Notes: generated by a model from the sequence alone, not told the origin. Positions 30,586 to 41,100 are shown, counted from the stretch's first letter. The stretch is 64,000 nucleotides of DNA from an uncultured Agathobacter sp. (GCA_910587655.1 CAJUND010000011.1:58425-122424); one strand, 5' to 3'. Numbers and translations are program-made.

Positions 30586-30597
30586 GCGGTGATTCCT

Positions 30598-31155
30598 ATG
30601 AAAATGAGTCTTAAGAAAAAAAACGGTGGATATACGTTAGTTGAATTAATCGTTGTTATGGCAATTATGGTCGTTCTGGCAGGAGGATCTGTGGTTGCGT
30701 TCGCATCGCTGAGAAACTACAGGGCAAAGACGGCAAAGGACCAGATATGCAATAACCTGAAGGAAGCCAGGACAGAAGCAATGGCGAAAAAGACGGAATG
30801 GATGCAAATTTGTAAGGATTCCGACGGACTTAAGATTAAGACTTCCTACAGGTCAGCAGGTGATACTTTGCTGTCAGGCAATATCCATGTTTCCTATACG
30901 GAAAAAGGCTCTTCAACTGAAATTGAGATAGACAGTTCCCATTCCCTGATTCTGACTTATGCAAGAGTGTCAGGGGCATTTGAAGGAATAAAAACATCAA
31001 CCACACCGGATGCAAATGGGAAACTTCCAAACCAGATGAATGGTACCTCGGTCGTTTACTGTGAGAAAATCCATATTGAAAACGGTGCAAGAACCAAGGG
31101 ATACACCATTACCCTGAATCAGGAAACAGGTAAGTTTGTGTGCAAAGAGGATTAG
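30598..31155 (+). CDS. Minor pilin, FimU/GspH-like
   Basis: NGG|YTLVELIVVMAIM...LKEARTEAM; exact start uncertain (30589/30598/30604). Confidence 0.78.
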   Translation: MKMSLKKKNGGYTLVELIVVMAIMVVLAGGSVVAFASLRNYRAKTAKDQICNNLKEARTEAMAKKTEWMQICKDSDGLKIKTSYRSAGDTLLSGNIHVSYTEKGSSTEIEIDSSHSLILTYARVSGAFEGIKTSTTPDANGKLPNQMNGTSVVYCEKIHIENGARTKGYTITLNQETGKFVCKED

Positions 31156-31179
31156 AAAGTGTAAAGAGGGTGCAAATGT

Positions 31180-33399
31180 ATGAAAAAGAAAACTGACAGA
31201 AGTGATAACAGAGGTTTTACACTGGTGGAACTGCTTGTGGCGATAGCAATTCTTTCCATTATTGTAGGTGCTGTAATAGGCTTTTTCATGCGCACCATGA
31301 GAATGTATCACAGGGGAAATGAGGAATCGGACTTACAGAATGAGGCCCAGATGACAATGACACAGCTGGAGAACCTGGTGGTAAATGCAAGCCAGGGAGT
31401 GGGGCTGAATCCTTCCCTTCCGAATACACAGACAAACGGAGATGAATTATTTGTATATAACCGTTATGTGGACGATACATCAGGAGCTGTTTCCTATAAG
31501 GTTACGCATATTTATGTGGATGACAGAAAATTAAAATACTGTTATATGGATTTTTCACGTAATGGATCCGGTGTGTATGTGCTTTCTGATGACAAAAAGA
31601 ATCCGCAGACACTTTCAGAGTATATTGATAATTTTATGGTGGATGTATCCAAACTGGTTTCCAAAAACCGCGTTCGTTTTACCATAGACTTTAGAACCAG
31701 GGGCGGCAGAGAATACAAGACAGACAACACGGTTCTTTTGCGAAACAAGGTTCTGGATAAGACAAACGGACAGACAGATGAATACTTTGCAGAATCAATT
31801 ACAGAGGATGAGCGGAATGAAGTGACAGCCATGGAACTTTCCCCGAATGAATTTTCCATGTGGGCAGGTACGAGTGCAGCAAATCCGTTTACACCAGTCT
31901 ATAAAAAAGCAGATAACACAATATCAGATAAAGGCTCTGCTGTATGGACATTTGATCCGCTTGTAGGAGATGCGGATATTAACCGTGCGACAGGGGCGAT
32001 TACTCTTGGCTCTTCGGTGCGGGGAGATTTGACTGTGCGTGCAACAGACCAGGGAAGCCTGAACAGGGGAGGTTCAGATGAGAAAAAATATGTATTTGCT
32101 AATGCAACGGTTCATGTCAAGTCGGCGGAAGCAGCGGCGGTTCTCACAGCCCCGGCACAGCAGGAGGATAATCTTTCTGTTGCAACGGCTAACTTCACTA
32201 TTATAGGGGCAAACCTGACGAAGGCTGATCTGGGGGCAATCCAGCCGACAGTGATGTCGGGAAGCAGTCAGCTGGCGGTTACGATTACAGCGGATGAGGC
32301 ACACTCAGATTTTTCGGCAGATACCAGCAAACTCTGTTATACCGTGCGTGTAAACCGTCCGGGCAATTATCTTGGAAAAGAATATAGTCTTGGCATACGT
32401 GCCACGGTTCCTGGAAATGCGGAATGCGTGTCCAATACGGTTACATGGAAATTTATCGCGACGCCGGGAGATGAGGATAAAGTGGTATCAGCAGTCAGGC
32501 TGGTGGATACCGAAGGCAGGGTGAATTCCGAGGGTGGAAGTGTTTCAGTTTCTGCAGACCGCGGGGAAAGCCTGACTTTGATTATGTATGTAAAATATAA
32601 AGATAAAGACGGGAATGAAACGGATTTCACACCGCTTCCGTCCGATTCGTGGTCAATTAAACAAAGCGGTACGTCTTCAGCGCCCAGTGCAAACTGTTCC
32701 ATTGTGCCGGGCGGCAGTGATTATTCACTGCATACGAGCGCGCAGGATTATGCAAAAGATTTCAGCATGGACTTTACCACGACCTACAGCAGCGGTAAGG
32801 GACAGGAAGCAGAGGGACCGGCGCTCAGACTGAATTTTTCCCGTGTGAAATTTTCGGTTAAAAATGTACTTGGGGAACAGAAAGTATTTCCGGTTACAGC
32901 CGGAAAGACGTCTTATATCCAGTTTGATGTACAGGGCTTAAAAAACGGGGTTGTTTTTGTTCAGAGTGGAAATTCAACGTCATTAAGCATTACGCCGAGC
33001 GGGGAAATGGCTTCTGTTACTGCAAAGTCAAATGCAAGTGTGGATACAGACTATACCTTTGGATTAAAAGACAGCAAAGGGCATGTGCTTGAAGGCGTGA
33101 CCTGCAGTATTACTATCTGGCCTGATCCTGCAAATACTGCGGCTTATAACGGAAATAAGCAGGATGATGCTGTTTATATTCCGACAGTCAATGATATTAA
33201 TAATTTTGATCCGACAAAAACAGTTCCGGAAACGGGAAGAACAACAACCATATTTATGCCTGACGGTGAAAAGATTACTTATACGAACACCAACAAAACC
33301 GGCGTGGACGGTTCAAACCACAAGTACTGGGCAGAGTACAACGGTAAAACCTATTATTATGTCACAACCGCCCACCAGTGGCGATTAAATGAAAAGTAA
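31180..33399 (+). CDS. Minor pilin, PilW/GspJ-like with long beta-rich extension, 739 aa
   Basis: DNRG|FTLVELLVAIAIL...DLQNEAQ; Thr/Val/Ser-rich Ig-like C-terminal region. Confidence 0.78.
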   Translation: MKKKTDRSDNRGFTLVELLVAIAILSIIVGAVIGFFMRTMRMYHRGNEESDLQNEAQMTMTQLENLVVNASQGVGLNPSLPNTQTNGDELFVYNRYVDDTSGAVSYKVTHIYVDDRKLKYCYMDFSRNGSGVYVLSDDKKNPQTLSEYIDNFMVDVSKLVSKNRVRFTIDFRTRGGREYKTDNTVLLRNKVLDKTNGQTDEYFAESITEDERNEVTAMELSPNEFSMWAGTSAANPFTPVYKKADNTISDKGSAVWTFDPLVGDADINRATGAITLGSSVRGDLTVRATDQGSLNRGGSDEKKYVFANATVHVKSAEAAAVLTAPAQQEDNLSVATANFTIIGANLTKADLGAIQPTVMSGSSQLAVTITADEAHSDFSADTSKLCYTVRVNRPGNYLGKEYSLGIRATVPGNAECVSNTVTWKFIATPGDEDKVVSAVRLVDTEGRVNSEGGSVSVSADRGESLTLIMYVKYKDKDGNETDFTPLPSDSWSIKQSGTSSAPSANCSIVPGGSDYSLHTSAQDYAKDFSMDFTTTYSSGKGQEAEGPALRLNFSRVKFSVKNVLGEQKVFPVTAGKTSYIQFDVQGLKNGVVFVQSGNSTSLSITPSGEMASVTAKSNASVDTDYTFGLKDSKGHVLEGVTCSITIWPDPANTAAYNGNKQDDAVYIPTVNDINNFDPTKTVPETGRTTTIFMPDGEKITYTNTNKTGVDGSNHKYWAEYNGKTYYYVTTAHQWRLNEK

Positions 33400-33414
33400 T
33401 ACAATGAAGGAGGG

Positions 33415-36400
33415 ATGCAGCTTATGAAATCAAGAACGAAAAAAATCACGGCAATTGCCGTATGCATCTGTGTGTTGCTTGGATTTGTGATACAGGGGGG
33501 AGGAATCCGTGCGCTCGCCACTGCACTGAACCAGGCAATCCGTGGAAGTGAGATTGAAAACACAAGTAACTATTACAAAACAAATATCAAGGCGCGGCTG
33601 GGGTCGGAAGAAAATCCGTTAATAATACTGGAGATTGTTCCTACAGAAGACCAGGCGCTCTGGGGGTATTATATTCCGGACTGTGAGCCTGTTGATATGA
33701 AAAAAGCCCAGATGCTTTACAGCAGGTATAATATTAAACAACCCCTGGTAGACCAGAATCCGATTTTCTCGGCTAATGATACTGAGGAGTTTGGATTTTA
33801 CGACCAGATTCCGGAAGGAGATTTTGTGCTGGATGGTCCGTCACAGGATCTTGCAAATAAAGGCAACTGGATTACATTAAAAAATATATATCCGGACTGT
33901 GAAAACCGTGGTTTTGATCTGGAACACAGTGCATCAGACCAGAATTTCGGGCAGTGGCAGATTAAGACCAATAAAGATAAGTCCGGAAATCCTTATCATT
34001 CGGAGCAGGGAATTTATAAAGAGGCGGGAGATGGTCAGCATGGATATTTTACCCTGAATGATGATGGCGAGTATGTTTATGATCCAAACGGTACCTATAT
34101 CTGGGTTCCGAAAAACAAAATCAGCAGTGAGGACAGCAGCCAGACGCTGGTAACGCGTGAGGATGAGTATGTATTCCGCAGAAGATATCTGAAAATGACC
34201 AATAATGACCAGATTATCCAGAAGATGTATAATGCCAATTCCTCCAGTTTTACCACCAAGGTGGTGACTGTTACCCCTGCACAGTTGCAGTCAACCATGG
34301 ATTCTGATGGGAAATTTCCGCTGATTGAGGAAGTTGACCTGATTTCCATTCACAACTTACAGGAGTATGCGGATTTAATCCGAATATACCACCGTATGCA
34401 CGGAATGGATGAATCAGACGCAAAGGCAACATTTTTTAATGCGGCAGAAGGCGATTTGACTTATGATGTGACGATGGCGATTTTAAACAGGATGGCAACG
34501 GACAGACCGGCATCCATGGTGATACAGAAACCATTAGTCTGGAACTGCGAACCGAAGCAGGGGATTAAAACAGAGCAGTCCAACTTCCATAAGCTTTTGA
34601 TTATGCTGCTGCAGTACCAGCCGAAGAAGTTTTTACAGATTTTTGGAAACTATCTGACAAAAGAAAATATCAATGGATACGACAAGGTGGTATACCGTCC
34701 TGATTATGCTTCAGGTTCTATTACGGAGTTTACAAACACAACATTTGCATCTTCGCCGACAAACCAGAACCAGAAGATGTATTCGGAGATGCGTTTACTG
34801 AATATTAACAGTGGTGGTACGGATCTTGTGGACCATATTATGACAACGCAGGGTGATCCGATTGTATCCGAGCTGTTAAATGATGGCAAGGACATAGGCT
34901 ATACGACATTTGACCCGAATAATCCAAACGGTGACTGGTCAAACAACACGACTTCAGAAGGTTTTGATTATTTCGGTAAGAAGCCTGGCGACAAGCTTTC
35001 GCTTTTAGAAGGTCTGGAATTTATTCTCCAGCCACAGCAGTACACGCCGAAACTTCGTATTTTAGAGGTTCAGCCTTGTGACAGGTTTATTTACAAAGAA
35101 GACGAAAACTGGAAGGAATTTTACCAGGGACTGTTCCCATGGTATAAGCCGACCACAGATGAGGACAGCTGGCTGGAAGATAAAAATTTGCTGGAAGTAA
35201 CCACGATGCCGACCTGGGAATTTAACGGTTCTGTTGGACGTTATGATTATAACGCGAAGGATAAGGATGAAAACCGGCTGTTACTGACATCGGAAAGCTC
35301 GGATGACCTTCTGGCAAAGTATGATATCATCATTTTCGGTTCAAAACAGGATGCATCAAACGGAAAATATGGATATAATGAGTTTCAAAATGGTCATGCT
35401 GATGCCAAAGTCGATTTAAAAAATTTAATTTACACTGCAATCGGCGGTACGGTATTTAATGGAAACATGACAAACGGCGGTCAGAGTGATGAGGTACTGG
35501 ATCGTCGTTACGCCGGAAATGACATTACATTAAAGAAGATGCTGGAAGTAGAAGATTTCCTGCGTGCCGGGAAGCCGGTCGTAATTGATAATAATCTTTA
35601 TACTTCAAACGGCCAGGTGGATACAAATAAGGTGGATAAAAGTTCCAAGCTCTATGACCTTCTGACATGGGAAGATAAGGGGAAAATGGAGAGTGAGGGC
35701 GAGGACGGGAAAGTTGTCAAAACTGACCGCAACGCACATGAGAACCGGTTTGTATATGGGAACATCAATAATGGAAAGATGAAGAAGCTGATTAACGGAA
35801 ATCTCTGCCGTCTGATGTTCTGTGATGATGAAGAAGCCTATCCGGTGGAATATGATTACACACATGAAAACAAAAATGGTGCACAGGGTGTTATTAAAAA
35901 TGAAGTCTATCAGGGAAAAAATGCGGACGGTCAGGCTGCTTTAGTTTATCATTTTTATGTTGCCGGTACTTCCATGAAGGGTTATCGTGCATACCTGCAT
36001 GTGGATGTGGACGGTGACGGGGTATATTCCGGTTCATTAAAGCAGATTTCTGAAGTGGATAATATGAATGCAGCCATGGGAGGCGAAAAATACATATATG
36101 ATACTTCAGAAGAGCCGATGGCATTAAAATTTTATTCAACAAAATCCGATATGCGCCGTGGCAATGCACTTGGTACCTCTGATAATTATATTCTGCAGCC
36201 GTATACCCAGTATTATGCAGTTGTAAATATTCCGAAAGAGCGCCAGGGTATTATTCCATGGAAGCTTGAAATCCAGGAAGTCCAGAATGAATACCTGCGT
36301 TCAAGTGCAGTGGATTATACGGCTGTTTTAAACGATGAAAAGGATACGATTAATGTCCTGCAGATGAACCTGATGGGAGATATGACAAAAGACGGACCTG

Positions 36401-38277
36401 TTGAGAAAACTCTCTGGGGCGACAGCAGATGCTTTTCTTCTTTTACCAAAGATTCTATTGTGGTTAAGAATAATGAGTCCTATGAGGCTTTTAATGCAAG
36501 AAGGGAATCCAATGGCGGGCTTCCGGAAACAGACCAGAAGCTTTGGAATCAGCTGAACTGGGCACAGAGGCTGACGCCGGAGAAGTTCCAGACTTATCTG
36601 GCACCAGTACGGGAATTTGATGTAAATATCCAGTATATGTTTAACAGGGACTGGTATAAGCTGTTTGGTACGCCGAATAAGGGGCAGAGCGGATATGACC
36701 AGACTGCGTCAGAGGTTGCACTTGACAACTGGAAGGACTTCCTTTCCCACTACGATATGGTTGTTTTCGGGTTTACAGACCAGAACTGTTTTACCAATAA
36801 CAGTGTGTATGTAGAAGGTATCAGGGATTTCGTGGAGCAGGGAAAAGGTCTGATTTTAAGTCATGATACCGTTACAGACAGCCATATGCTGGAGTACTCG
36901 GGAGACAATGAGACAGATCTCAGGGCATCTTATGGTAGTTATAATTCGTGGCTGCGTACCACTGCCGGACAGCGTCGGGCATATTATAACAGAAAAGCTG
37001 ACGGAACTTATGAAAAAAGCTACAACCATATTTTAGCAAATGGAACTAAGGTGTCTTTTGTCAGCAGTGAAAACAGAAACCGTCAGGACAGACTGATGTA
37101 TTTACATAAGATGTCTGCCGAGATAGACGGGGATAGCGTTGAGCCTGAATTTTATAATAAATATACCAATGAGTTTTTGGATAATGATGTATACCTGTAT
37201 GTAAGGTCAAACGTCCGACATGGCTGGAAATCAACACTGCCGGCAAACGACAGTAATGGTTTTATCAAAGACCGTGTCATCAAAGGCGGGCAGATTTGGA
37301 ACCAGGGATGGCAGGACTACCTTATTTACACTACCACAATGGTGGAACTGGCGAATAACGGACAGATTACCACTTATCCATATAAGCTGAATCCGGTAAT
37401 TGAGGTTCTGCAGACACATATGCAGAACTACCAGCTTGACCTTGAATACCAGCAGGGCGGTGACGTAAATGTCTGGTTTAACCTGTCAGACAGTTATGAT
37501 AAAGAGGTTCAGGATTTTTATGGTGGAAGCAGAGACAAGGTTCCGAATACAACCAATAAGGATAGTAATATCTTTTCTGGTAAGGATCAGGATTCCAGAA
37601 GCCAGTTTTACATTTACAATAAGGGAAATATTACCTATACCGGTTCCGGACACGGGGTTGACAGGAATATGGGACAGACCAGTTCTGTTATGACGGATGA
37701 TGAGGTAAAGCTGTTTGTAAACACGATGATTGCAGCCTACCGTCCGCCGGATTCCAAGCCTTATGTTGAAGTGGACAATGCAGATACGATTTCTTCAGAT
37801 AATGAAAATCTGATTTATGTGGATTTTGACGGCAGTAATGAAGATGCAGCTGTAGACGGAAGGCTTGAAACCATAAACGGAGAAGAGATGGTACGTGTTG
37901 AAATTTCCATGCATGATATTAAATCCGCCATGGCAAGTAATATTAAGAGCAAGCAGTATTACCTCAATGTGAAATCCACTGGTGAAAACGGTACGCCAAG
38001 CAGCTATCCGCTTTATGACAAAAATGGAAAGGACGGACAGCTTCTTACCAGAAATGATTTCGGCAAAGCAGAAGGATGGTATCATGTAGACGCCAAAGAT
38101 GAAGAAGGAATTCCGTATGTCTTTTATGTACCATATAAAGATGTCCGGGATAATAATTCCGTCAGCGTGGTATTTGAAACCTACGCAACCTATACAAAAG
38201 GCGGGAAGCCAATTAAAACCAGTGTCCAGAAAACAAAGGCTACGGTAATGATTCTTCCACTTTTTGACCTGAGTTAA
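33415..38277 (+). CDS. Large secreted pilus-associated protein (DUF5057-like), 1620 aa
   Basis: Sec-type signal peptide; recurring ILE(I/V)xP / YD(I/M)xxFG segments; GNITYTGSGH...EVKLFVNTMIAAY; last gene of the pilus operon. Confidence 0.65.
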   Translation: MQLMKSRTKKITAIAVCICVLLGFVIQGGGIRALATALNQAIRGSEIENTSNYYKTNIKARLGSEENPLIILEIVPTEDQALWGYYIPDCEPVDMKKAQMLYSRYNIKQPLVDQNPIFSANDTEEFGFYDQIPEGDFVLDGPSQDLANKGNWITLKNIYPDCENRGFDLEHSASDQNFGQWQIKTNKDKSGNPYHSEQGIYKEAGDGQHGYFTLNDDGEYVYDPNGTYIWVPKNKISSEDSSQTLVTREDEYVFRRRYLKMTNNDQIIQKMYNANSSSFTTKVVTVTPAQLQSTMDSDGKFPLIEEVDLISIHNLQEYADLIRIYHRMHGMDESDAKATFFNAAEGDLTYDVTMAILNRMATDRPASMVIQKPLVWNCEPKQGIKTEQSNFHKLLIMLLQYQPKKFLQIFGNYLTKENINGYDKVVYRPDYASGSITEFTNTTFASSPTNQNQKMYSEMRLLNINSGGTDLVDHIMTTQGDPIVSELLNDGKDIGYTTFDPNNPNGDWSNNTTSEGFDYFGKKPGDKLSLLEGLEFILQPQQYTPKLRILEVQPCDRFIYKEDENWKEFYQGLFPWYKPTTDEDSWLEDKNLLEVTTMPTWEFNGSVGRYDYNAKDKDENRLLLTSESSDDLLAKYDIIIFGSKQDASNGKYGYNEFQNGHADAKVDLKNLIYTAIGGTVFNGNMTNGGQSDEVLDRRYAGNDITLKKMLEVEDFLRAGKPVVIDNNLYTSNGQVDTNKVDKSSKLYDLLTWEDKGKMESEGEDGKVVKTDRNAHENRFVYGNINNGKMKKLINGNLCRLMFCDDEEAYPVEYDYTHENKNGAQGVIKNEVYQGKNADGQAALVYHFYVAGTSMKGYRAYLHVDVDGDGVYSGSLKQISEVDNMNAAMGGEKYIYDTSEEPMALKFYSTKSDMRRGNALGTSDNYILQPYTQYYAVVNIPKERQGIIPWKLEIQEVQNEYLRSSAVDYTAVLNDEKDTINVLQMNLMGDMTKDGPVEKTLWGDSRCFSSFTKDSIVVKNNESYEAFNARRESNGGLPETDQKLWNQLNWAQRLTPEKFQTYLAPVREFDVNIQYMFNRDWYKLFGTPNKGQSGYDQTASEVALDNWKDFLSHYDMVVFGFTDQNCFTNNSVYVEGIRDFVEQGKGLILSHDTVTDSHMLEYSGDNETDLRASYGSYNSWLRTTAGQRRAYYNRKADGTYEKSYNHILANGTKVSFVSSENRNRQDRLMYLHKMSAEIDGDSVEPEFYNKYTNEFLDNDVYLYVRSNVRHGWKSTLPANDSNGFIKDRVIKGGQIWNQGWQDYLIYTTTMVELANNGQITTYPYKLNPVIEVLQTHMQNYQLDLEYQQGGDVNVWFNLSDSYDKEVQDFYGGSRDKVPNTTNKDSNIFSGKDQDSRSQFYIYNKGNITYTGSGHGVDRNMGQTSSVMTDDEVKLFVNTMIAAYRPPDSKPYVEVDNADTISSDNENLIYVDFDGSNEDAAVDGRLETINGEEMVRVEISMHDIKSAMASNIKSKQYYLNVKSTGENGTPSSYPLYDKNGKDGQLLTRNDFGKAEGWYHVDAKDEEGIPYVFYVPYKDVRDNNSVSVVFETYATYTKGGKPIKTSVQKTKATVMILPLFDLS

Positions 38278-38282
38278 ATGAT

Positions 38283-38316
38283 AAAGAACCTCTGGATTTC
38301 CAGGGGTTCTTTGTTT
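38283..38316 (+). terminator. Rho-independent terminator of the pilus operon
   Basis: AAAGAACCTCTGG / CCAGGGGTTCTTT stem followed by a T-rich run. Confidence 0.8.
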
Positions 38317-38397
38317 ATATTTTTTCATTATTTTAAAATGTTTATGAAATTTAAACCACATCATGTGGTGGTTTTCAAGATAGAAAGCACATAGGTG

Positions 38398-38427
38398 TTG
38401 ACGTTTTCCCCTTAATAATGCTATAAT
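38398..38427 (+). promoter_or_regulatory. sigmaA-type promoter of the HD-GYP/che operon
   Basis: TTGACG-18 bp-TATAAT with TGn extension. Confidence 0.65.
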
Positions 38428-38496
38428 ATTTCTTAGTTATAAACAACCCTCTGTTTATAACTTTGGGAAAATGTGGATGAAACGGGAGAATTTATC

Positions 38497-39597
38497 ATGA
38501 GCAGAGGACAATTACTGATTGTAGATGACGAAGAAATAAACAGAATGATACTTCATGGGATGTTTGAGGATGCAGAAGACGGGCAGGAAGGTTATGATGT
38601 TCTTGAGGCTGCTGACGGGGAACAGGCAATTCAGATGATTCAGGAATGTGATAATCTGGTACTGATTTTTCTGGATATCATTATGCCAAAGATGAATGGT
38701 TTCGGAGTTCTTGATTATCTGGAGGAACATTCACTTCTGGAAAAAATTCCTGTTATTTTAATTACAGGGGCATCCCCTGATGAAACAGAAGAAAAAGCAT
38801 ATTCTTACAGCATTGCAGATGTCATGTATAAGCCGTTTGTACCGGGAATTATCAAAAAGCGTGCACGTAATGTGATAGAACTTTACCAGCACAGACGGGA
38901 TATGAGGTTGAGGATTAAAGAGCAGAAGGTCATAATCAAAGAGCAGGAAGAGAAAATCATGGAAGCAAATGAATTCATGATTGATGCACTGAGTACGGTT
39001 ATTGAGTTCCGGAGTGTGGAGACGGGGGATCATGTCAGACGGATTAAGTATTTTACCCGTGTGCTTGCAAAGTACCTTGCGAAATATTTTCCGGAATATG
39101 GTCTGACAGATGACCAGGTGGACCAGATTGCAAGAGCCTCTGCCTTACATGATATAGGAAAAATCGGTATTCCGGATGCAGTTCTGCTAAAGCCCGGACG
39201 GCTGACAGATGATGAATACGAAATTATCAAGACGCATACGACAATCGGATGCGAGCTTCTTGAGACGTTCCGCGGCTCCTATCAGGAAGATTTTTACCAG
39301 TACTGTTATGATATCTGCCGTCATCATCATGAGAGATGGGATGGCAGGGGGTATCCTGACAGGCTTGCAGGTGATGATATTCCGATTAGTGCGCAGATTG
39401 TTTCGATTGCGGATGTTTATGATGCGCTGGTCAGTGAGAGGGTTTATAAAACAGCATACAGTACAGAGGAAGCCTACCGGATGATTTTAAACGGGGAATG
39501 CGGCGAATTTTCTCCTAAAATTTTAGAATGTTTTGAGCTGGCCAAAGAGGATTTCTTTGGAATTGTGGAAGTAATCAAAATGTTCCGGTATACATAG
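38497..39597 (+). CDS. REC + HD-GYP cyclic-di-nucleotide phosphodiesterase (RpfG-like), motifs intact
   Basis: LIVDDE / FLDIIMP / KP receiver; ETGDH, LHDIGKIGIP, HHHERWDGRGYP, IADVYDAL. Confidence 0.9.
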   Translation: MSRGQLLIVDDEEINRMILHGMFEDAEDGQEGYDVLEAADGEQAIQMIQECDNLVLIFLDIIMPKMNGFGVLDYLEEHSLLEKIPVILITGASPDETEEKAYSYSIADVMYKPFVPGIIKKRARNVIELYQHRRDMRLRIKEQKVIIKEQEEKIMEANEFMIDALSTVIEFRSVETGDHVRRIKYFTRVLAKYLAKYFPEYGLTDDQVDQIARASALHDIGKIGIPDAVLLKPGRLTDDEYEIIKTHTTIGCELLETFRGSYQEDFYQYCYDICRHHHERWDGRGYPDRLAGDDIPISAQIVSIADVYDALVSERVYKTAYSTEEAYRMILNGECGEFSPKILECFELAKEDFFGIVEVIKMFRYT

Positions 39598-39652
39598 TAA
39601 TACGTTTGTGAGGAGTATTACAGTGTGTAAAAAACCGGTAGGAGGAACTGTA

Positions 39653-41086
39653 ATGTTTGAATGGCTGGACAGTGAGTTACTGATAGATCAATTAATAGAG
39701 CTGCTGCTTGTTTATGATGTGAAAGGGCATATTCTCTATGCCAACAAAACAGCATCAGAAAAGCTGGAATATGCCAGAGGCGAGCTTGAGGAATGTAATA
39801 TAAAGGAAGTTTTCAGGCAGGAGTTTTCCGATATCAAAGGGACAGATTTTTTTGATACCGGCAGACTGGAGAGTGGAAAAGAATTATCCATCTACCGGAA
39901 GAACAAGTCCTGTTTTCCTACAAAAATCTCTGTTTATCCGGCAGAAACCGAAGGGACATATCTGCTTCTTGCAGAGGATATTTCTGTGCCCCGGGAGCTG
40001 AATGCGCAGCTTCACAGTGCAAAAGAAGAAGAAAAAGAAAATATTAAAAGACAGAATGAGTTTACGGCAAATGTGACGCATGAGCTCAGGACGCCGGTCA
40101 ACGGAATCCGCGGCCATGTCATGTCAATGATGGAAAAGATACAGGATGAGGAACTGAAAAAGACACTGGATATTATTCTGTACTGCTGTAATAATATGTC
40201 GGAAATCATTAATAATATACTGGATTTTTCCAAAATGGAGGCTGGCAAGTTTACCATTGAGGAAAAAGAGTTTGATTTTTACAAGATGATGGACCGTGTG
40301 ATTGCCACTCACAGCAACGAAATCAATAAAAAGGGACTCCGCCTGAAAGTTGATGTGAACGACCGGATTCCGGGTATGCTGATTGGTGATGAACTCCGTC
40401 TGGTCCAGATTTTAAATAACCTGCTGTCAAATGCCGTAAAATTCACGATGGTAGGATATATCAGTATTTTTGCGGATGTAACCATGCATGTGAATGATGA
40501 GGTGGAACTGTTTTTTATTGTAAAGGATACCGGAATCGGGATATCGGCGCAGGAACAGGATAAACTGTTCCAGAGTTTCAGCCAGGTGGATGCATCCATT
40601 ACCAGGCGTTTTGGAGGAACAGGTCTGGGACTTGCGGTTACGAAACAGCTGGTTGAACTCATGCATGGAAATATATTTGTAGAAAGTGAAAAAGGAAAGG
40701 GCAGTTCGTTTTCTTTTTCCATTAAACTGAAAACCGGACAGGAAGATACTGAGGACAAACGCAGCGAAGTTTTTGCTGCATGGTCTGAATATACAGATAC
40801 CGAGGATGCAGACGCAACTGAGGATTTTTTGCAGTTTGGAGAAGAAGCCAACTGCAGGGAATTAAAGAAGCGGATGGATAAACTGGTACTTTCCATTGAG
40901 CTTGGGGCCTGGGACAAGGCGGAGATACTTGCTTCCACCATTAAGGCACTGGTTGTGCAGGGAGACGGCGACATTAAAAAGCAGGTGCTGCGCATGGAAA
41001 TGGCAATCCGCAAAAGTAATTATGATAAAAGCATGGAAATGTACCAGAATGTAAGAGAGATGCTTTCTGAGCAGATGGCATTTTGA
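39653..41086 (+). CDS. Cytoplasmic PAS-HisKA-HATPase histidine kinase with Hpt-like tail
   Basis: THELRTP H-box, NLLSNAVKFT, DTGIG, GGTGLGL; no TM; AGGAGG RBS before ATG 39653. Confidence 0.88.
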   Translation: MFEWLDSELLIDQLIELLLVYDVKGHILYANKTASEKLEYARGELEECNIKEVFRQEFSDIKGTDFFDTGRLESGKELSIYRKNKSCFPTKISVYPAETEGTYLLLAEDISVPRELNAQLHSAKEEEKENIKRQNEFTANVTHELRTPVNGIRGHVMSMMEKIQDEELKKTLDIILYCCNNMSEIINNILDFSKMEAGKFTIEEKEFDFYKMMDRVIATHSNEINKKGLRLKVDVNDRIPGMLIGDELRLVQILNNLLSNAVKFTMVGYISIFADVTMHVNDEVELFFIVKDTGIGISAQEQDKLFQSFSQVDASITRRFGGTGLGLAVTKQLVELMHGNIFVESEKGKGSSFSFSIKLKTGQEDTEDKRSEVFAAWSEYTDTEDADATEDFLQFGEEANCRELKKRMDKLVLSIELGAWDKAEILASTIKALVVQGDGDIKKQVLRMEMAIRKSNYDKSMEMYQNVREMLSEQMAF

Positions 41087-41100
41087 AAGGAGAGTTGATT

